Shown: positions 29,033 through 41,372, counted from the stretch's first letter. The stretch: DNA of 64,000 nt from Oscillibacter sp. MSJ-31 (GCA_963629785.1 CAVGJZ010000008.1:6938-70937); one strand, 5' to 3'. Numbers and translations: made by a program. The notes: generated from the sequence alone by a model not told the origin.

Positions 29033-30907
29033 ATGCGCAAACTATCACAACAGGAGATACAACGTCTCGAAGAAAACCGCTGCAAGGCGCAGGACTGGCA
29101 ACTGGTCAGCGTCGGCGAGAACTTCTCCGCCGACAACCTCTACGGCGTGGAGTTCCACGGCCCGTGCAGCGTGGGAAACAACAACGGCACAGTGACGACC
29201 GACAACGGCATCGCACTGCCTGCCGGCATACACAACGCACGCATCGTCAATTCGGACATCGGCGACAACTGCCTGATTGAAAACGTCAGCGGCTTCATCT
29301 GTGACACCGACATCGAGGACGACTGCGTGGTATGCAACGTGAGCTTCATACAGACCACCGAAGGCACTACATTCGGCCAGGGAAACACCATCAGCGTGAT
29401 GAACGAAGGCGGCGAAGGCAACGTGGTGCTCTTCAGCGAACTCACCAGCCAAATAGCAGCCCTCACCGTTCTGCCGCCATATCTGGGAGGACAGGACGAG
29501 GACTCCGGCGCCACGGCATCGAAGCGCAAACAGGCAAAGGAAGCCATCAGGAGGATGGTGATGGAAGAAGTGAAGCGCACTGTGCCGAAACGCACGCGCA
29601 TAGGCCGCGGAACGAAGATAACCGACACGACGGAGATAACGAACTCATGGATCGGCGAAGGCTCAGAAATCCGCGGAGCAAGGCGCATAAGCGAGTGTAC
29701 CCTCACGGGAGAACCCGACAACGGGGTGTTCATAGGAGCGGGAGTGATATGCGACGGATGCGTGGTGACAAGCGGCTCCACCATCTCCAACAACGCCATC
29801 GCCACAAACTGCTTCGTGGGGGAATGTTCCACGCTGACCGACGGCTTCTCCGCCTCCAGCAGCCTGTTCTTCGCAAACTCGTTCATGGCCAACGGCGAAG
29901 CCTGCGCAGCCTTCTGCGGCCCGTTTTCCGTGAGCCACCACAAGTCCACGCTGCTCATAGGCGGCATGTACTCGTTCTACAACGCCGGATCGAACACCAA
30001 CTTCAGCAACCACGCCTACAAGATGGGCCCCATACACAGCGGCATCCTGGAACACGGGTCGAAGACGGCGAGCGGAGCGCACATCCTGTGGCCGGCACAC
30101 ATCGGCGCGTTCTCCATGTGCATGGGCAAAATAGCCACACATCCCGACACGTCGGCACTGCCCTTCTCATACGTCATCGGCGACGGCGACGACACGTACG
30201 TCGTGCCGGGACGCAACTTCGCCACCGTGGGCACTTACCGAGACATAACGAAATGGCCCAAGCGCGACGCTCGCCCCGAATGCGGCAGGCACAGCATGAT
30301 TGACTTCTCATGGCTCAACGCATACACGGTGATGAAGGCCGTGGAGGCAAAGAACCTGCTGGAAAGGATTCTCGACCACGAAGGAAAGAAAGACGAGTAC
30401 ACCCTCGACGACGGGTCTCTCATAAAGGGTTCGTCGCTGCGCAAGGGCATCACGCTCTACAGCACCGTCATACGGATGTTCATCGCCGGAAACATCACCG
30501 AGGAAGACATCGCCGACGAATCCCTGCGCGAACTGCCGGAGCTTAAGCTCTCCGACATCAGCGGACTGATCATAAACCAGGACACCGTGCTCGAGATTGT
30601 GGAGGGGCTGCTCAGCGGCGACATCGACAATACGGAATGCCTCGCCGAAGCCATAAACCGCACGGTGGGCTACAAGGAATATACCGACAAGGCGCTCGCC
30701 ATGAAAATTGCCGACGACATCTACGGCTGGCAAAGCCTCGACGCCGAAGACAGGGCTGACTTCATAAATTACTGCCGGCAGGCGCGGCAGGAGTGGACCG
30801 ACGCCATAGCCGAAGACGCGAAAAAGGAATACGGGCTAGGCGACGTGGACAGGGAGACACTCGACGCCTTCCTCGACAAGCTGAACTCAAAGAAAACATT
30901 TTCATAA
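29033..30907 (+). CDS. Conserved beta-helix (hexapeptide-like repeat) protein, possibly DUF4954 family
   Basis: 624 aa with runs of left-handed beta-helix-like repeats (IVNSDIGDNCLIENVSGFICDTDIEDDCVV, and GAGVICDGCVVTSGSTISNNAI). The family name is recalled from memory and not verified. Confidence 0.6.
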   Translation: MRKLSQQEIQRLEENRCKAQDWQLVSVGENFSADNLYGVEFHGPCSVGNNNGTVTTDNGIALPAGIHNARIVNSDIGDNCLIENVSGFICDTDIEDDCVVCNVSFIQTTEGTTFGQGNTISVMNEGGEGNVVLFSELTSQIAALTVLPPYLGGQDEDSGATASKRKQAKEAIRRMVMEEVKRTVPKRTRIGRGTKITDTTEITNSWIGEGSEIRGARRISECTLTGEPDNGVFIGAGVICDGCVVTSGSTISNNAIATNCFVGECSTLTDGFSASSSLFFANSFMANGEACAAFCGPFSVSHHKSTLLIGGMYSFYNAGSNTNFSNHAYKMGPIHSGILEHGSKTASGAHILWPAHIGAFSMCMGKIATHPDTSALPFSYVIGDGDDTYVVPGRNFATVGTYRDITKWPKRDARPECGRHSMIDFSWLNAYTVMKAVEAKNLLERILDHEGKKDEYTLDDGSLIKGSSLRKGITLYSTVIRMFIAGNITEEDIADESLRELPELKLSDISGLIINQDTVLEIVEGLLSGDIDNTECLAEAINRTVGYKEYTDKALAMKIADDIYGWQSLDAEDRADFINYCRQARQEWTDAIAEDAKKEYGLGDVDRETLDAFLDKLNSKKTFS

Positions 30908-30918
30908 AAACACAGGAT

Positions 30919-33825
30919 ATGAAACTAAAATCAATGCTTATCGTTTGCCTCAGCGCACTCGCCACAGCGGGCGCACAGGCAAAAGACTACAAGTATCAGA
31001 CAGTGGAGGGCGACCCGATGCACGCTCGCATCTACACCCTCGACAACGGACTGAAGGTCTATCTCTCGGTGAACAGCGAGAAACCACGCATCCAGACTTA
31101 CATCGCAGTGCGCACCGGCAGCCGCAACGACCCGGCCGAGACAACCGGTCTGGCACACTATCTGGAGCACCTCATGTTCAAGGGCACGGCACAGTTCGGC
31201 ACCACCGACATGCAGAAGGAGAAGCCGCTGCTCGACGACATCGAACGCCGCTACGAGGCTTACCGCAAGCTCACCGACCCGGCACAGCGCAAGCAGGCAT
31301 ACCACGAGATCGACAGCGTGTCGCAGCTTGCGGCAAAGTATTTCATCCCCAACGAATACGACAAGCTGATGTCGTCGATAGGTGCCACGGGCACCAACGC
31401 CTACACAAGCAACGACGTGACGTGCTACGTGGAGAATATTCCCTCAAACGAAGTGGAGAACTGGCTCCGCGTGGAAGGCGACAGGTTCAGCAACATGGTG
31501 ATACGCGGTTTCCACACCGAGCTGGAAGCCGTTTACGAAGAATACAACATCGGTCTGGCACAGGACAACCGCAAGGTGTGGGAGTCGCTCTACAAGCTCC
31601 TCTACCCCACCCACCCCTACGGCACACAGAGCACCATAGGAACGCAGGAACACCTGAAGAACCCGTCGATAACAAACATAAAGAACTATTTCAACCGCTA
31701 CTACGTGCCTAACAACGTGGCGATATGTATGGCGGGAGACTTCGACCCCGACAAGGTGATAGCTCAAATCGACAAGTATTTCGGCTCGTGGAAGAAGAGC
31801 GGCAGCCTGTCGTTCCCGCAGTATGCCCCGGTAAAGGAACTAACCGCGCCGCGCGACACCACGGTGGTGGGACAGGAAGCGGCGTTCCTCATGATGGGAT
31901 GGAACTTCCCCGGTGCGGCAGCGGCACAGACCGACACGCTCAACGTCATCAACGAAATGCTCTCCAACGGCAAGGCCGGCATCTTCGACCTCAACCTCAA
32001 CCAGCAGATGAAATGCCAGTACGCACAGTCTATGGTAGACGGCATGAACGAATACTCGCAGTTCATACTCTTCGGCAGGCCGAAGCAGGGACAGTCGCTC
32101 AAGGACGTGCGCGACCTGATGCTCGCCGAAATGGAAAAGCTCAAAAGGGGTGAGTTCAGCGACGACCTCCTGCCATCCGTCATCAACAACCTGAAGCTCA
32201 ACTACAACAACGCCCTGGAGAGCAACCAGTGGCGCGCCAACGAATTTGTGGACGCCTTCATCAACGGCGAGAAATGGAAAGACAAGGTGGGATACCTCGA
32301 CCGCATTTCCAAGATAACGAAGCAACAGATAATGGACTTCGCCCGCAAGCACTTCAACGACAACTATGCCGTGGTGTATAAGGAGGAGGGCGTGGACTCC
32401 ACGCAAAAGAAAATCGACAAGCCGCAGATTACCGCCATACCGTCGAACCGCGACCTGCAGAGCAAATTCGTGGGCGAAATCCTCAATGCGAAGATTGACC
32501 CCATACAGCCGAAATTCCTGGACTTCAGCAAAGACATGTCAACGGGAAAGACAAAGAAGGGCCTGCCCGTGTACTACGTGCAGAACAACACGAACAAGAC
32601 TTTCGTGCTCTGCTTCAACTACAGGTTCGGCGAGGAGGCAAACAAATGGCTGCCCTTTGCCAAGGACTATTTCGACTACCTCGGCACCGACAAGCTTTCC
32701 GCCGAGCAGCTCAAGCAGGAATACTACAAACTCGCCTGCGACTACAATATCAGCGTGGGACACGACAATCTGAGCGTGAACGTGTGGGGACTTGCCGACA
32801 ACATGCAGAAGGCCGTGGAGCTGACCGAAAACTTCCTGCAGAACGCCAAGGCTGACAGCAAGGCTTACAAGCTCTGGACAGAGTCGGAGCTCAAGAGCCG
32901 CCGCGACAACAAGATGAACCAGCGGTCAAATTTCCGCGCCCTCACCAGCTATGGCTTCTACGGCGAGTACAACCCCTACCGCAACGTGCCCGACAGTACG
33001 GAACTCGTGAACTGCGACCCGCAGAAGCTCATCGACATAGTGAAGGGCATCAGCGGATACAAGCACCAGATTCTCTACTACGGTCCGTTGTCGCTCAAAG
33101 ACGCCATCTCGGCATTCAACAAGTGCCACAAGACCGCCAAGAACCTTGCCGACGTGCCGCAAGGAAAGCACTACACGTTGCAGCAGACACCAAAGGACGA
33201 AATATGGATTGCGCCCTACAAGGCAAAGAACATCTACATGATGCAATACCACAACGAGGGCAAGCAGTTTGACACCAAGAACCTGCCGCTCGTCACAATG
33301 TTCGACGAATACTTCGGAGGCGGCATGAACACCGTGGTGTTCCAGGAGCTGCGCGAGGCGCGCGGACTTGCCTACAGCGCATGGGCTGGCTACTACACGC
33401 CGAACAAGAAGAATGACCCGGAATACTTCTGCACGAACATCATATCGCAGAACGACAAGATGATGGACTGCATACGCACGTTCAACAACATCATGGACAC
33501 CATTCCGCAGTCGGAGAAGGCTTTTGACATAGCAAAACAGGCTGTCACAAAAAGGATGGAGGCTGCGCGTACCACCAAGTTCGCCATCATCTCGAAATAC
33601 CTGGCAGCGAAGAAACTCGGCATAGACTTCGACACCGACAAGCTGGTTTACGAGACCCTGCCACAGATAACGCTGCAGGACCTCGTGAAGTTCACCAACG
33701 AGAACATTGCCCACAAGCCGTTCCGCTACCTCATCCTCGGCGACGAGAAAGAAATAGACGTCAAGTCGCTTGAGAAGATAGCGCCGGTAAGGCATCTCAC
33801 TACAGAGGAGATATTCGGATACTAA
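30919..33825 (+). CDS. M16 (pitrilysin/insulinase) family zinc peptidase, secreted
   Basis: The start MKLKSMLIVCLSALATAGAQA is a signal peptide. The inverted zinc motif HYLEH is present. The roughly 970-aa product has a two-unit M16 architecture. Confidence 0.88.
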   Translation: MKLKSMLIVCLSALATAGAQAKDYKYQTVEGDPMHARIYTLDNGLKVYLSVNSEKPRIQTYIAVRTGSRNDPAETTGLAHYLEHLMFKGTAQFGTTDMQKEKPLLDDIERRYEAYRKLTDPAQRKQAYHEIDSVSQLAAKYFIPNEYDKLMSSIGATGTNAYTSNDVTCYVENIPSNEVENWLRVEGDRFSNMVIRGFHTELEAVYEEYNIGLAQDNRKVWESLYKLLYPTHPYGTQSTIGTQEHLKNPSITNIKNYFNRYYVPNNVAICMAGDFDPDKVIAQIDKYFGSWKKSGSLSFPQYAPVKELTAPRDTTVVGQEAAFLMMGWNFPGAAAAQTDTLNVINEMLSNGKAGIFDLNLNQQMKCQYAQSMVDGMNEYSQFILFGRPKQGQSLKDVRDLMLAEMEKLKRGEFSDDLLPSVINNLKLNYNNALESNQWRANEFVDAFINGEKWKDKVGYLDRISKITKQQIMDFARKHFNDNYAVVYKEEGVDSTQKKIDKPQITAIPSNRDLQSKFVGEILNAKIDPIQPKFLDFSKDMSTGKTKKGLPVYYVQNNTNKTFVLCFNYRFGEEANKWLPFAKDYFDYLGTDKLSAEQLKQEYYKLACDYNISVGHDNLSVNVWGLADNMQKAVELTENFLQNAKADSKAYKLWTESELKSRRDNKMNQRSNFRALTSYGFYGEYNPYRNVPDSTELVNCDPQKLIDIVKGISGYKHQILYYGPLSLKDAISAFNKCHKTAKNLADVPQGKHYTLQQTPKDEIWIAPYKAKNIYMMQYHNEGKQFDTKNLPLVTMFDEYFGGGMNTVVFQELREARGLAYSAWAGYYTPNKKNDPEYFCTNIISQNDKMMDCIRTFNNIMDTIPQSEKAFDIAKQAVTKRMEAARTTKFAIISKYLAAKKLGIDFDTDKLVYETLPQITLQDLVKFTNENIAHKPFRYLILGDEKEIDVKSLEKIAPVRHLTTEEIFGY

Positions 33826-33833
33826 GTGAATAC

Positions 33834-33906
33834 AAAAAAGCTGGTTCCGGCAAGAAATACCGCTTCGACAGCATGAAGGGGATTTCGCCGGAACCAGCTT
33901 TTTTTG
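33834..33906. terminator. Bidirectional terminator between convergent M16 peptidase and esterase genes
   Basis: Perfect 13-bp stem AGCTGGTTCCGGC / GCCGGAACCAGCT, flanked by A6 and T7. The 35-nt loop is long. Confidence 0.6.
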
Positions 33907-33922
33907 TTTGTCAGTCTTTCTG

Positions 33923-35191
<1,269 letters not shown>

Positions 35192-35194
35192 TCA

Positions 35195-36841
35195 TTACTT
35201 GCAGTTGGGGCACCAGGGCTTGAGTTGCTTGAAGAAGTCATTGCCCTTGTCGTCAACGAGGATGAATGCCGGGAAGTCCTCCACGGTGATTTTCCAGATA
35301 GCCTCCATTCCGAGTTCGGGATATTCCACACACTCGATGCTCTTGATTGAACTCTGCGAGAGGACGGCAGCCACGCCGCCGATAGTGCCGAGATAGAAAC
35401 CGCCGTGCTTCTTGCAGGCGTCGGTAACGACCTGTCCGCGGTTGCCCTTGGCTATCATAACGAGAGATGCACCGTTGTCCTGGAACTCGTCCACATACGG
35501 GTCCATACGGTTTGCCGTCGTGGGGCCCATCGAACCGCAGGGATAGCCCTCCGGGGTCTTTGCCGGTCCGGCGTAGAGGATGGGGTGGTCCTTGAAATAC
35601 TGCGGCATTCCCTCGCCTGCATCAAGACGTGCCTTGAGCTTGGCATGGGCGATGTCGCGCGCCACGATGATGGTGCCTTTGAGGTTCACGCGGGTGCTGA
35701 CAGGATATTTCGTGAGTTCGGCGCGCACTGCGTCGATACCCTTGTCGAGGTCTATCTCGATGCCCTTAGCCCCCTCGCCCGGCTTGCGCAGCTCCTCGGG
35801 AATGAGTTCCGAGGGGTTGGAGTCCATCTTTTCAATCCAGATACCGTCGGCGTTTATCTTGCACTTGATATTGCGGTCGGCAGAGCAGCTCACGCCCATG
35901 CCGATAGGACAGCTTGCGCCGTGGCGCGGCAGGCGCACCACGCGAATGTCGTGGGCAAGGTATTTTCCGCCGAACTGCGCTCCGAGACCAATCTTGTGAG
36001 CCTCGTCAAGGAGTTTGTTTTCAAGGTCAATGTCGCGGAAGGCGCGACCTGTCTCGTCGCCTGTGGTAGGCAGGGCATCGTAGTATTTTATCGACGCAAG
36101 CTTCACGGTGAGCAGGTTCTTCTCGGCAGAAGTGCCTCCAATGACAAATGCGATATGATACGGAGGGCAGGCTGCCGTGCCAAGGGTTTTCATCTTCTCC
36201 ACGAGGAAGGGCAGAAGAGTGCCCTCGTTCTGTATCGTGGCTTTCGTCATCGGGTAGAAGTAAGTCTTGTTGGCAGAGCCTCCGCCCTTGGCCACGCACA
36301 CGAAGCGGTACTCGTCGCCTTCGGTAGCCTCGATGTCGATTTGCGCCGGAAGGTTGCAGCGTGTGTTCACCTCGTCATACATGTTGAGGGGAGCATTCTG
36401 CGAGTATCTCAGATTGTCCTGCGTGTAGGTGTTGAAAACGCCGAGCGAGAGTGCTTCCTCGTCCTCAAAGTCTGTCCACACGCGCTGTCCCTTCTCACCG
36501 TGGATGATAGCCGTTCCGGTGTCCTGGCAGAATGGCAGCACACCTTTTGCAGCCGTTTCAGCATTGCGCAGGAACTGCAGCGCAACATACTTGTCGTTCT
36601 CCGAGGCCTCGGGGTCTGACAGTATCTTCGCCACCTGCAGGTTATGCTCGCGGCGCAACATGAACTCCACGTCGTGGAAAGCCTGCTGCGCCATTGTGGT
36701 AAGAGCTTCCTTTGAGACTTTCAGGATTTTCTTTCCCTCGAACTCGCTTACCGACACGCCGTCTTTCGTAAGCAGATAATATTCAGTATTGTCCTTTCCC
36801 AACTGGAACATGGGAGCATACTTGAATTCCGTCTGTGCCAT
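35195..36841 (-). CDS. Class I (Fe-S) fumarate hydratase
   Basis: 548 aa with [10 protein letters not shown] and a fused alpha/beta arrangement typical of FumA/FumB. Confidence 0.92.
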   Translation of the reverse strand: MAQTEFKYAPMFQLGKDNTEYYLLTKDGVSVSEFEGKKILKVSKEALTTMAQQAFHDVEFMLRREHNLQVAKILSDPEASENDKYVALQFLRNAETAAKGVLPFCQDTGTAIIHGEKGQRVWTDFEDEEALSLGVFNTYTQDNLRYSQNAPLNMYDEVNTRCNLPAQIDIEATEGDEYRFVCVAKGGGSANKTYFYPMTKATIQNEGTLLPFLVEKMKTLGTAACPPYHIAFVIGGTSAEKNLLTVKLASIKYYDALPTTGDETGRAFRDIDLENKLLDEAHKIGLGAQFGGKYLAHDIRVVRLPRHGASCPIGMGVSCSADRNIKCKINADGIWIEKMDSNPSELIPEELRKPGEGAKGIEIDLDKGIDAVRAELTKYPVSTRVNLKGTIIVARDIAHAKLKARLDAGEGMPQYFKDHPILYAGPAKTPEGYPCGSMGPTTANRMDPYVDEFQDNGASLVMIAKGNRGQVVTDACKKHGGFYLGTIGGVAAVLSQSSIKSIECVEYPELGMEAIWKITVEDFPAFILVDDKGNDFFKQLKPWCPNCK

Positions 36842-36874
36842 AATGTTTTTTGTTTTATTACTTTTTTGTTGTAT

Positions 36875-37282
36875 TCATTTTTCAATCAAGAAATAATCTT
36901 CCAGTTTCAGAACCGTGACTTTAGGCCATTCGATTGTCTTCAACACCGAGAAATGCGAGTCGTTAGACACTATAAAGTCCGCCCCGGCTGCTATCGCACA
37001 ATCAACAAATTTATTGTCGTCGGGGTCTTTTTCTATCAGTCGGAAATGCACATAGGATGTCTGAAAAGACGTCGTTGACAATCTGGCAATAGCCTCAACA
37101 ACATTATGAGCAATCCGTGATGTTGTCTTCAAACCGACAATTTCCTCATATTCCTCAAGGATTTCCGTGTTTACACATAAACCCACCTTGCCGTCTAGAA
37201 TTTTCTCCCACAAAATATGGTACTTGCTACCAGACGGCAATATCTGCAACAAGCAGTTTGTGTCAAGAACGATTAGCTGCAT
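36875..37282 (-). CDS. PIN-domain toxin of a toxin-antitoxin pair
   Basis: IVLDTNCLLQ (first acidic residue) and DPDDNKFVDCAIAAGADFIVSNDSHF. Confidence 0.8.
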   Translation of the reverse strand: MQLIVLDTNCLLQILPSGSKYHILWEKILDGKVGLCVNTEILEEYEEIVGLKTTSRIAHNVVEAIARLSTTSFQTSYVHFRLIEKDPDDNKFVDCAIAAGADFIVSNDSHFSVLKTIEWPKVTVLKLEDYFLIEK

Positions 37283-37487
37283 ACGGTGTTCTCATGTGTT
37301 CATTACCCCATGCCTCTATCGTCTTCTCATCAATACTGCCGTTGTCCCACAAGGCATCTATCTCCTTTTGAGCTTTCTCCGCAAAATAACGGGCAAGCAT
37401 ATCTTTGAAATCATCAAGTTCTTCCTTGGATTTGATACCCGATATTGCGTTAAGCACTTCCAAGCGAGCCATTTGTTCGTATGACAT
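37263..37487 (-). CDS. Putative antitoxin partner of the PIN toxin
   Basis: 74-aa helical protein starting at ATG (MSYEQMARLE). It overlaps the PIN start by 20 nt. The track ORF start at 37505 is a GTG. Confidence 0.6.
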   Translation of the reverse strand: MSYEQMARLEVLNAISGIKSKEELDDFKDMLARYFAEKAQKEIDALWDNGSIDEKTIEAWGNEHMRTPYAANRS

Positions 37488-37647
37488 AATTTTTGGTATT
37501 ATCACAATTACGGTTACAAAGTTACTAATTATTTCTTGCGGACAATATTTAGTGACGGTGAAAAAAATCTAATGTCAGTCTTCTGCGTTGTTTTCCTCAA
37601 ATTCAGCAATCCACTCCTTATCCTTTGCCGGCTGCAAAGCCCGCTCA

Positions 37648-38283
37648 TCAACAGGGAGAAGAGGCAGGGAATTTCGCATCGTATGTCTGGAACACGATGT
37701 ACACACCGTCGCCCCGGAGAGTAAATTCGTCGCCGCGCGCCTCATTGAGCGTTCCCTGCCAAAGGTGTCGGTAGGCGTAGGAATCCCACACCAGCCCTTC
37801 GCTGCGGATTTCGGAGCACGACACGTTGAAGATGCTCACCTGCTGACGGGGAAAGGACTTGAATGTTGCCGTTCCCCGAGCGGGAAGGAACGAACCGTTG
37901 TCGGTGAGCATCACGGCATTGACGCCAAGTTCAACGAGATAGCGCGGCAAAAGGAATATGTTGCCAAGGGTGTGGTCCTCGCGTTTGCCCGTAGCTCCGA
38001 CGTATGTTATGTCGGTACAGCCCCTGGCCAGGCAGAAACGGGTAGCCTTGGTGAGGTCGTTGTCTTCCTGTTCCGTCACGCGATGAAAAATGCTTTCGTA
38101 CTGCTCCCTGAATTCCTCCGGAAGGGAGTCGCCGTCACCGATAACGGCTTGCGGACTAAAGCCGCGGGCAACGGCCTCAACGGCAGCGCCGTCGCAGCAG
38201 CACAGGAAATCGGCCTGCTCCAAAATGCGGAGCGGCACAGGATGAACCGGGAAATCGCCGTTGGCGAGTATTACTGCTTTCAT
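37648..38283 (-). CDS. Thiamine diphosphokinase (TPK)
   Basis: ANGDFP...CCDGAA...VIGDGDS pattern. Last gene of the riboswitch-led operon. Confidence 0.85.
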   Translation of the reverse strand: MKAVILANGDFPVHPVPLRILEQADFLCCCDGAAVEAVARGFSPQAVIGDGDSLPEEFREQYESIFHRVTEQEDNDLTKATRFCLARGCTDITYVGATGKREDHTLGNIFLLPRYLVELGVNAVMLTDNGSFLPARGTATFKSFPRQQVSIFNVSCSEIRSEGLVWDSYAYRHLWQGTLNEARGDEFTLRGDGVYIVFQTYDAKFPASSPC

Positions 38284-38894
38284 GATTTTTCCCTCATTTT
38301 ATCCCACTTGAAATATCCTGCCACGGCTATTACGGTGTAAAGTCCGTAAAGCCCTGCCTTGAAAGGTATCCCCTTGCCGATATACAGATAAAAGCAGACT
38401 GCATCCACTGCAATCCAGAATATCCACTGCTCGATGTATTTCTTGGCGAGTGCCCACAACCCCACGAAGCTCAAGGCATTGGTAAACGAGTCGAGCAGCG
38501 GCACCGTGCTGTTGGTGAAGCTCACGAGCACCCAGTACGTCATCGCCCATGCCGCAAAGAACGCCACTGCCACGGGCATGTATTTCCTCCCGGGCATATG
38601 GGTGATGGGGATTTCGGCAACCGCCTTTCCGCCGCCCTCCTTTCCGAAAAGCGTTTTGATCGACGCTCCGTAACGCCACATCACAAAGCCGTAGACACCG
38701 GCTACGGTGTAGTATGCCGCCATACCGGCATCGCCATAGAGGCCGTGCTCCCAATACAGCACTATGTCCATCGCCGGCATTATCACGCTGACGAGCCACA
38801 GGGCTATATGCGCGCGGTATTCCAACCATATATATATGAGTCCCAAGAGTGTGGTAAAAATGTCGAGCCAGTGCTCGGCAAGGTATTGTTGCAT
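38280..38894 (-). CDS. PnuC-family transporter (PnuT-like thiamine/riboside transporter)
   Basis: Multi-TM protein starting MQQYLAEHWLDIFTTLLGLIYIWLEYR. An ATGA overlap joins it to the TPK gene. Confidence 0.82.
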   Translation of the reverse strand: MQQYLAEHWLDIFTTLLGLIYIWLEYRAHIALWLVSVIMPAMDIVLYWEHGLYGDAGMAAYYTVAGVYGFVMWRYGASIKTLFGKEGGGKAVAEIPITHMPGRKYMPVAVAFFAAWAMTYWVLVSFTNSTVPLLDSFTNALSFVGLWALAKKYIEQWIFWIAVDAVCFYLYIGKGIPFKAGLYGLYTVIAVAGYFKWDKMREKS

Positions 38895-38978
38895 TTCGGT
38901 ATTGTTTTTAGGTAGATTCCAAAAAATGCCGGAGTCCCGAAGAGAGACCCCGACATTCCGCACATTTTATCAAGTCAA

Positions 38979-41372
38979 TTAGAATTTCAGTGTGACATGC
39001 GCCATCACGTTGAAGCCTGCCGTAGGGATATACGACATTGCCGAGCAGCGTTTCTCGCCGAGATACCATCCGTACCACACGAAACCGCTCTGGGCGTAGT
39101 GGCGGTTGAAGATATTGTTGAAGTCGAAGCCCAGCTTCACGTTCTTGATGCCCATAGCCTTCGTCACGTCGGCAGAGTAGCTGAGAGCCAAGTCGCTCTG
39201 CGAGAAGCATGGCAGCGAGCGGTCGTCGCTCTGGGAGTTGTCCACATACTGCTTGCTCACGAAATTGGTGTGCCATGTTGCGCTGAAGCCCTTGTGGTGG
39301 AAGTCCACGAATCCGTTGAGGATTGCGCTCGGCGAATATGCGAGCGTGGAGTTGTCGTAGTGGTTCACCCTCGGGGCGAGATCGTTCCAGTTTTCGTCGT
39401 AGGCATCAACGTACTCGTCGAAATCCTTTATCTTGTTCCTGCTCAGCGCGGCGTTACCCTCCACGCTCAACCATGAGAGGGGTGCCCATCCGGCAGTCAG
39501 CTCCACACCCATGCGGTATGACTTCTTCACGTTGGTAGTGAGAGCCTCGCCGATGTCCGACGTTTCACCTGTCTGCACGAGCTGGTCCTTGTAGTCCATG
39601 TAGTAGAAATTGGCTCCCGCATGCCAGTTGCTGCCATTGAACTGGTAGCCGGCCTCCACATCGAGCAGTTTCTCCGCCTTGGGGTATCCGTAGTGGCCGT
39701 TGTTCGTGTAGTTGTTGCGCTCCGGCTCGCGGTTGCTGTATGCCACCGACGCATACGCCTTGTGACCGCCATTGGTGTAGCTCACTCCAGCCTTGGGATT
39801 GAAGAAATTGAAATGCTCCTTCACGTCAAGCATGTGATGGGCGTAGAGCTTGTTGCCGTTGGCGTCCTTCTCCGTTGTCTTGTAGAAGCGGTCGTTGGAA
39901 CCGTCAGTCTTGTAGTCCACACGACGGTACTGCAGGTCGGCAAAGACGTTCCAGTTGTCGAGGAAGGTGTATGTGGCCTTCACGAACGCGCTGTAGTCGT
40001 TCTTCCTGGCGTCGGAGTCGTAATATTTGTAGTCCTTGTTGTTGCCGAAATATTTTCTCTCTATCGCCTCGTCCTCGATATATGTGATGTATCCCCAGTG
40101 ACTGCCGCGGAACTGCTGCAGGTTGGTGCCGGCAATGACATCCCAGCTGTCGTTCTTGAAGTTCACGTTGTACACGAGACCATAGGCATGCTGTGTGAGT
40201 CCCTTCTTGCGCACCACGTCGCAAGTTATCTTTCCGCCGTCGGCGTCAAACTCGTTGAGGCCGAACTTTGAGCAGAGTTTCGCCTGTGGCTTGAACTCGT
40301 TGTAATACCCGTAGCCGTATGTGTAGTGCAATGCGATGTTGTGCGACCAGTGGTCTGAAGGCTGCCACACGGCAGAGAGGATATTGTGGTTCTGGTAGAA
40401 ATTGTCCGTGGTCTTGTCCCATTTCGACCCGTCGCGCATGGTATAGGGCACGATGTTGTAGATACCTTTCGCCCAGTCGTCGCGGTTGCCGTCAAGGTTC
40501 TCCACGAGGGTGTTCACCTTGCCCAGACCGGCTTCCCACAGTTCTTTATACGACATGGTATTATACCCCCAGTCGCCCCGGTAGCTGTCGCTGTTGTCAT
40601 AATCGGAACCGAGCACTCCGTTCCAGGCCTGTCCAGTCTTCTCGAAGTTTCCGATGTTCTTGTAGCGTATCTGGAAATTGTCGCCCAACCATGTCAGTCC
40701 GCCGTAGTAAGACCCGGAGCGTCCGTCGGTGGCATGAACGAACCCGTCTGTTGCCGTCTCATGGTATGCGCCGTCGAAGATGAGGTGCTTGAAGAGCAGT
40801 CCCGTTGAGAACGACGCCCCCACGTTATAGGTGTTGAACGACCCGAACGACCCCGTCAGCTCTGCCGTAGGCTTGAGCGAAGGGGCGGCAGTCTGGAGTG
40901 ATACCGTTCCGCCGAACGCTCCGTCGCCGTTTGTCGACGTTCCCACACCGCGCTGTATCTGCACGCTGCTCATCAGCGAGGCATAGCTGTTCATGTTGGC
41001 CCAGAATACAGTCTGGTCTTCGGGGGAATTGAGCGACACTCCGTCGAGCGTCACGTTGATACGGCTGCCGGCAGCACCGCGCATACGCATATAAGCCGTT
41101 CCCGACCCTGTTCCGCTCTCGCTCCACGCCAGCACGCCGGGTGTACGGGAGAAGAGGAACGGCAGTTCCTTGCCCGTTGCGGAAAAATCCTGCAACTCAG
41201 ACTTTTTGATGTTAGTTACGGCAAACGGCGCGTTTTTCTGCGCCCTCACGGCCTTTACGACAACTTCGTTCAGTTGCTGAACGTTCACCGTGTCAACTTT
41301 CTGCTCGGCAAGTGCCTGTTGCGCACAAAGGGTGCAGACAACGGCCATTGCCACGCCATTGATTTGTTTCAT
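38979..41372 (-). CDS. TonB-dependent receptor, first gene of the thiamine-salvage operon
   Basis: The start MKQINGVAMAVVCTLCAQQALA is a signal peptide. A plug precedes a large barrel ending AHVTLKF. It lies directly downstream of the TPP riboswitch. Confidence 0.88.
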   Translation of the reverse strand: MKQINGVAMAVVCTLCAQQALAEQKVDTVNVQQLNEVVVKAVRAQKNAPFAVTNIKKSELQDFSATGKELPFLFSRTPGVLAWSESGTGSGTAYMRMRGAAGSRINVTLDGVSLNSPEDQTVFWANMNSYASLMSSVQIQRGVGTSTNGDGAFGGTVSLQTAAPSLKPTAELTGSFGSFNTYNVGASFSTGLLFKHLIFDGAYHETATDGFVHATDGRSGSYYGGLTWLGDNFQIRYKNIGNFEKTGQAWNGVLGSDYDNSDSYRGDWGYNTMSYKELWEAGLGKVNTLVENLDGNRDDWAKGIYNIVPYTMRDGSKWDKTTDNFYQNHNILSAVWQPSDHWSHNIALHYTYGYGYYNEFKPQAKLCSKFGLNEFDADGGKITCDVVRKKGLTQHAYGLVYNVNFKNDSWDVIAGTNLQQFRGSHWGYITYIEDEAIERKYFGNNKDYKYYDSDARKNDYSAFVKATYTFLDNWNVFADLQYRRVDYKTDGSNDRFYKTTEKDANGNKLYAHHMLDVKEHFNFFNPKAGVSYTNGGHKAYASVAYSNREPERNNYTNNGHYGYPKAEKLLDVEAGYQFNGSNWHAGANFYYMDYKDQLVQTGETSDIGEALTTNVKKSYRMGVELTAGWAPLSWLSVEGNAALSRNKIKDFDEYVDAYDENWNDLAPRVNHYDNSTLAYSPSAILNGFVDFHHKGFSATWHTNFVSKQYVDNSQSDDRSLPCFSQSDLALSYSADVTKAMGIKNVKLGFDFNNIFNRHYAQSGFVWYGWYLGEKRCSAMSYIPTAGFNVMAHVTLKF

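Noticed and set aside
35405-36619. Long antisense ORFs opposite well-supported genes. Examples are 35405-36619, 23774-25084, 25455-26501, 52778-54097, 11708-12949, 5230-6465, 4392-5201, 32926-34017, 16731-17657 and 28198-29136.
   Set aside because: These are shadow ORFs of a GC-rich coding strand. They are Arg/His/Gly/Val-rich, show no recognisable motifs, and each lies fully inside a gene whose protein carries clear family signatures.
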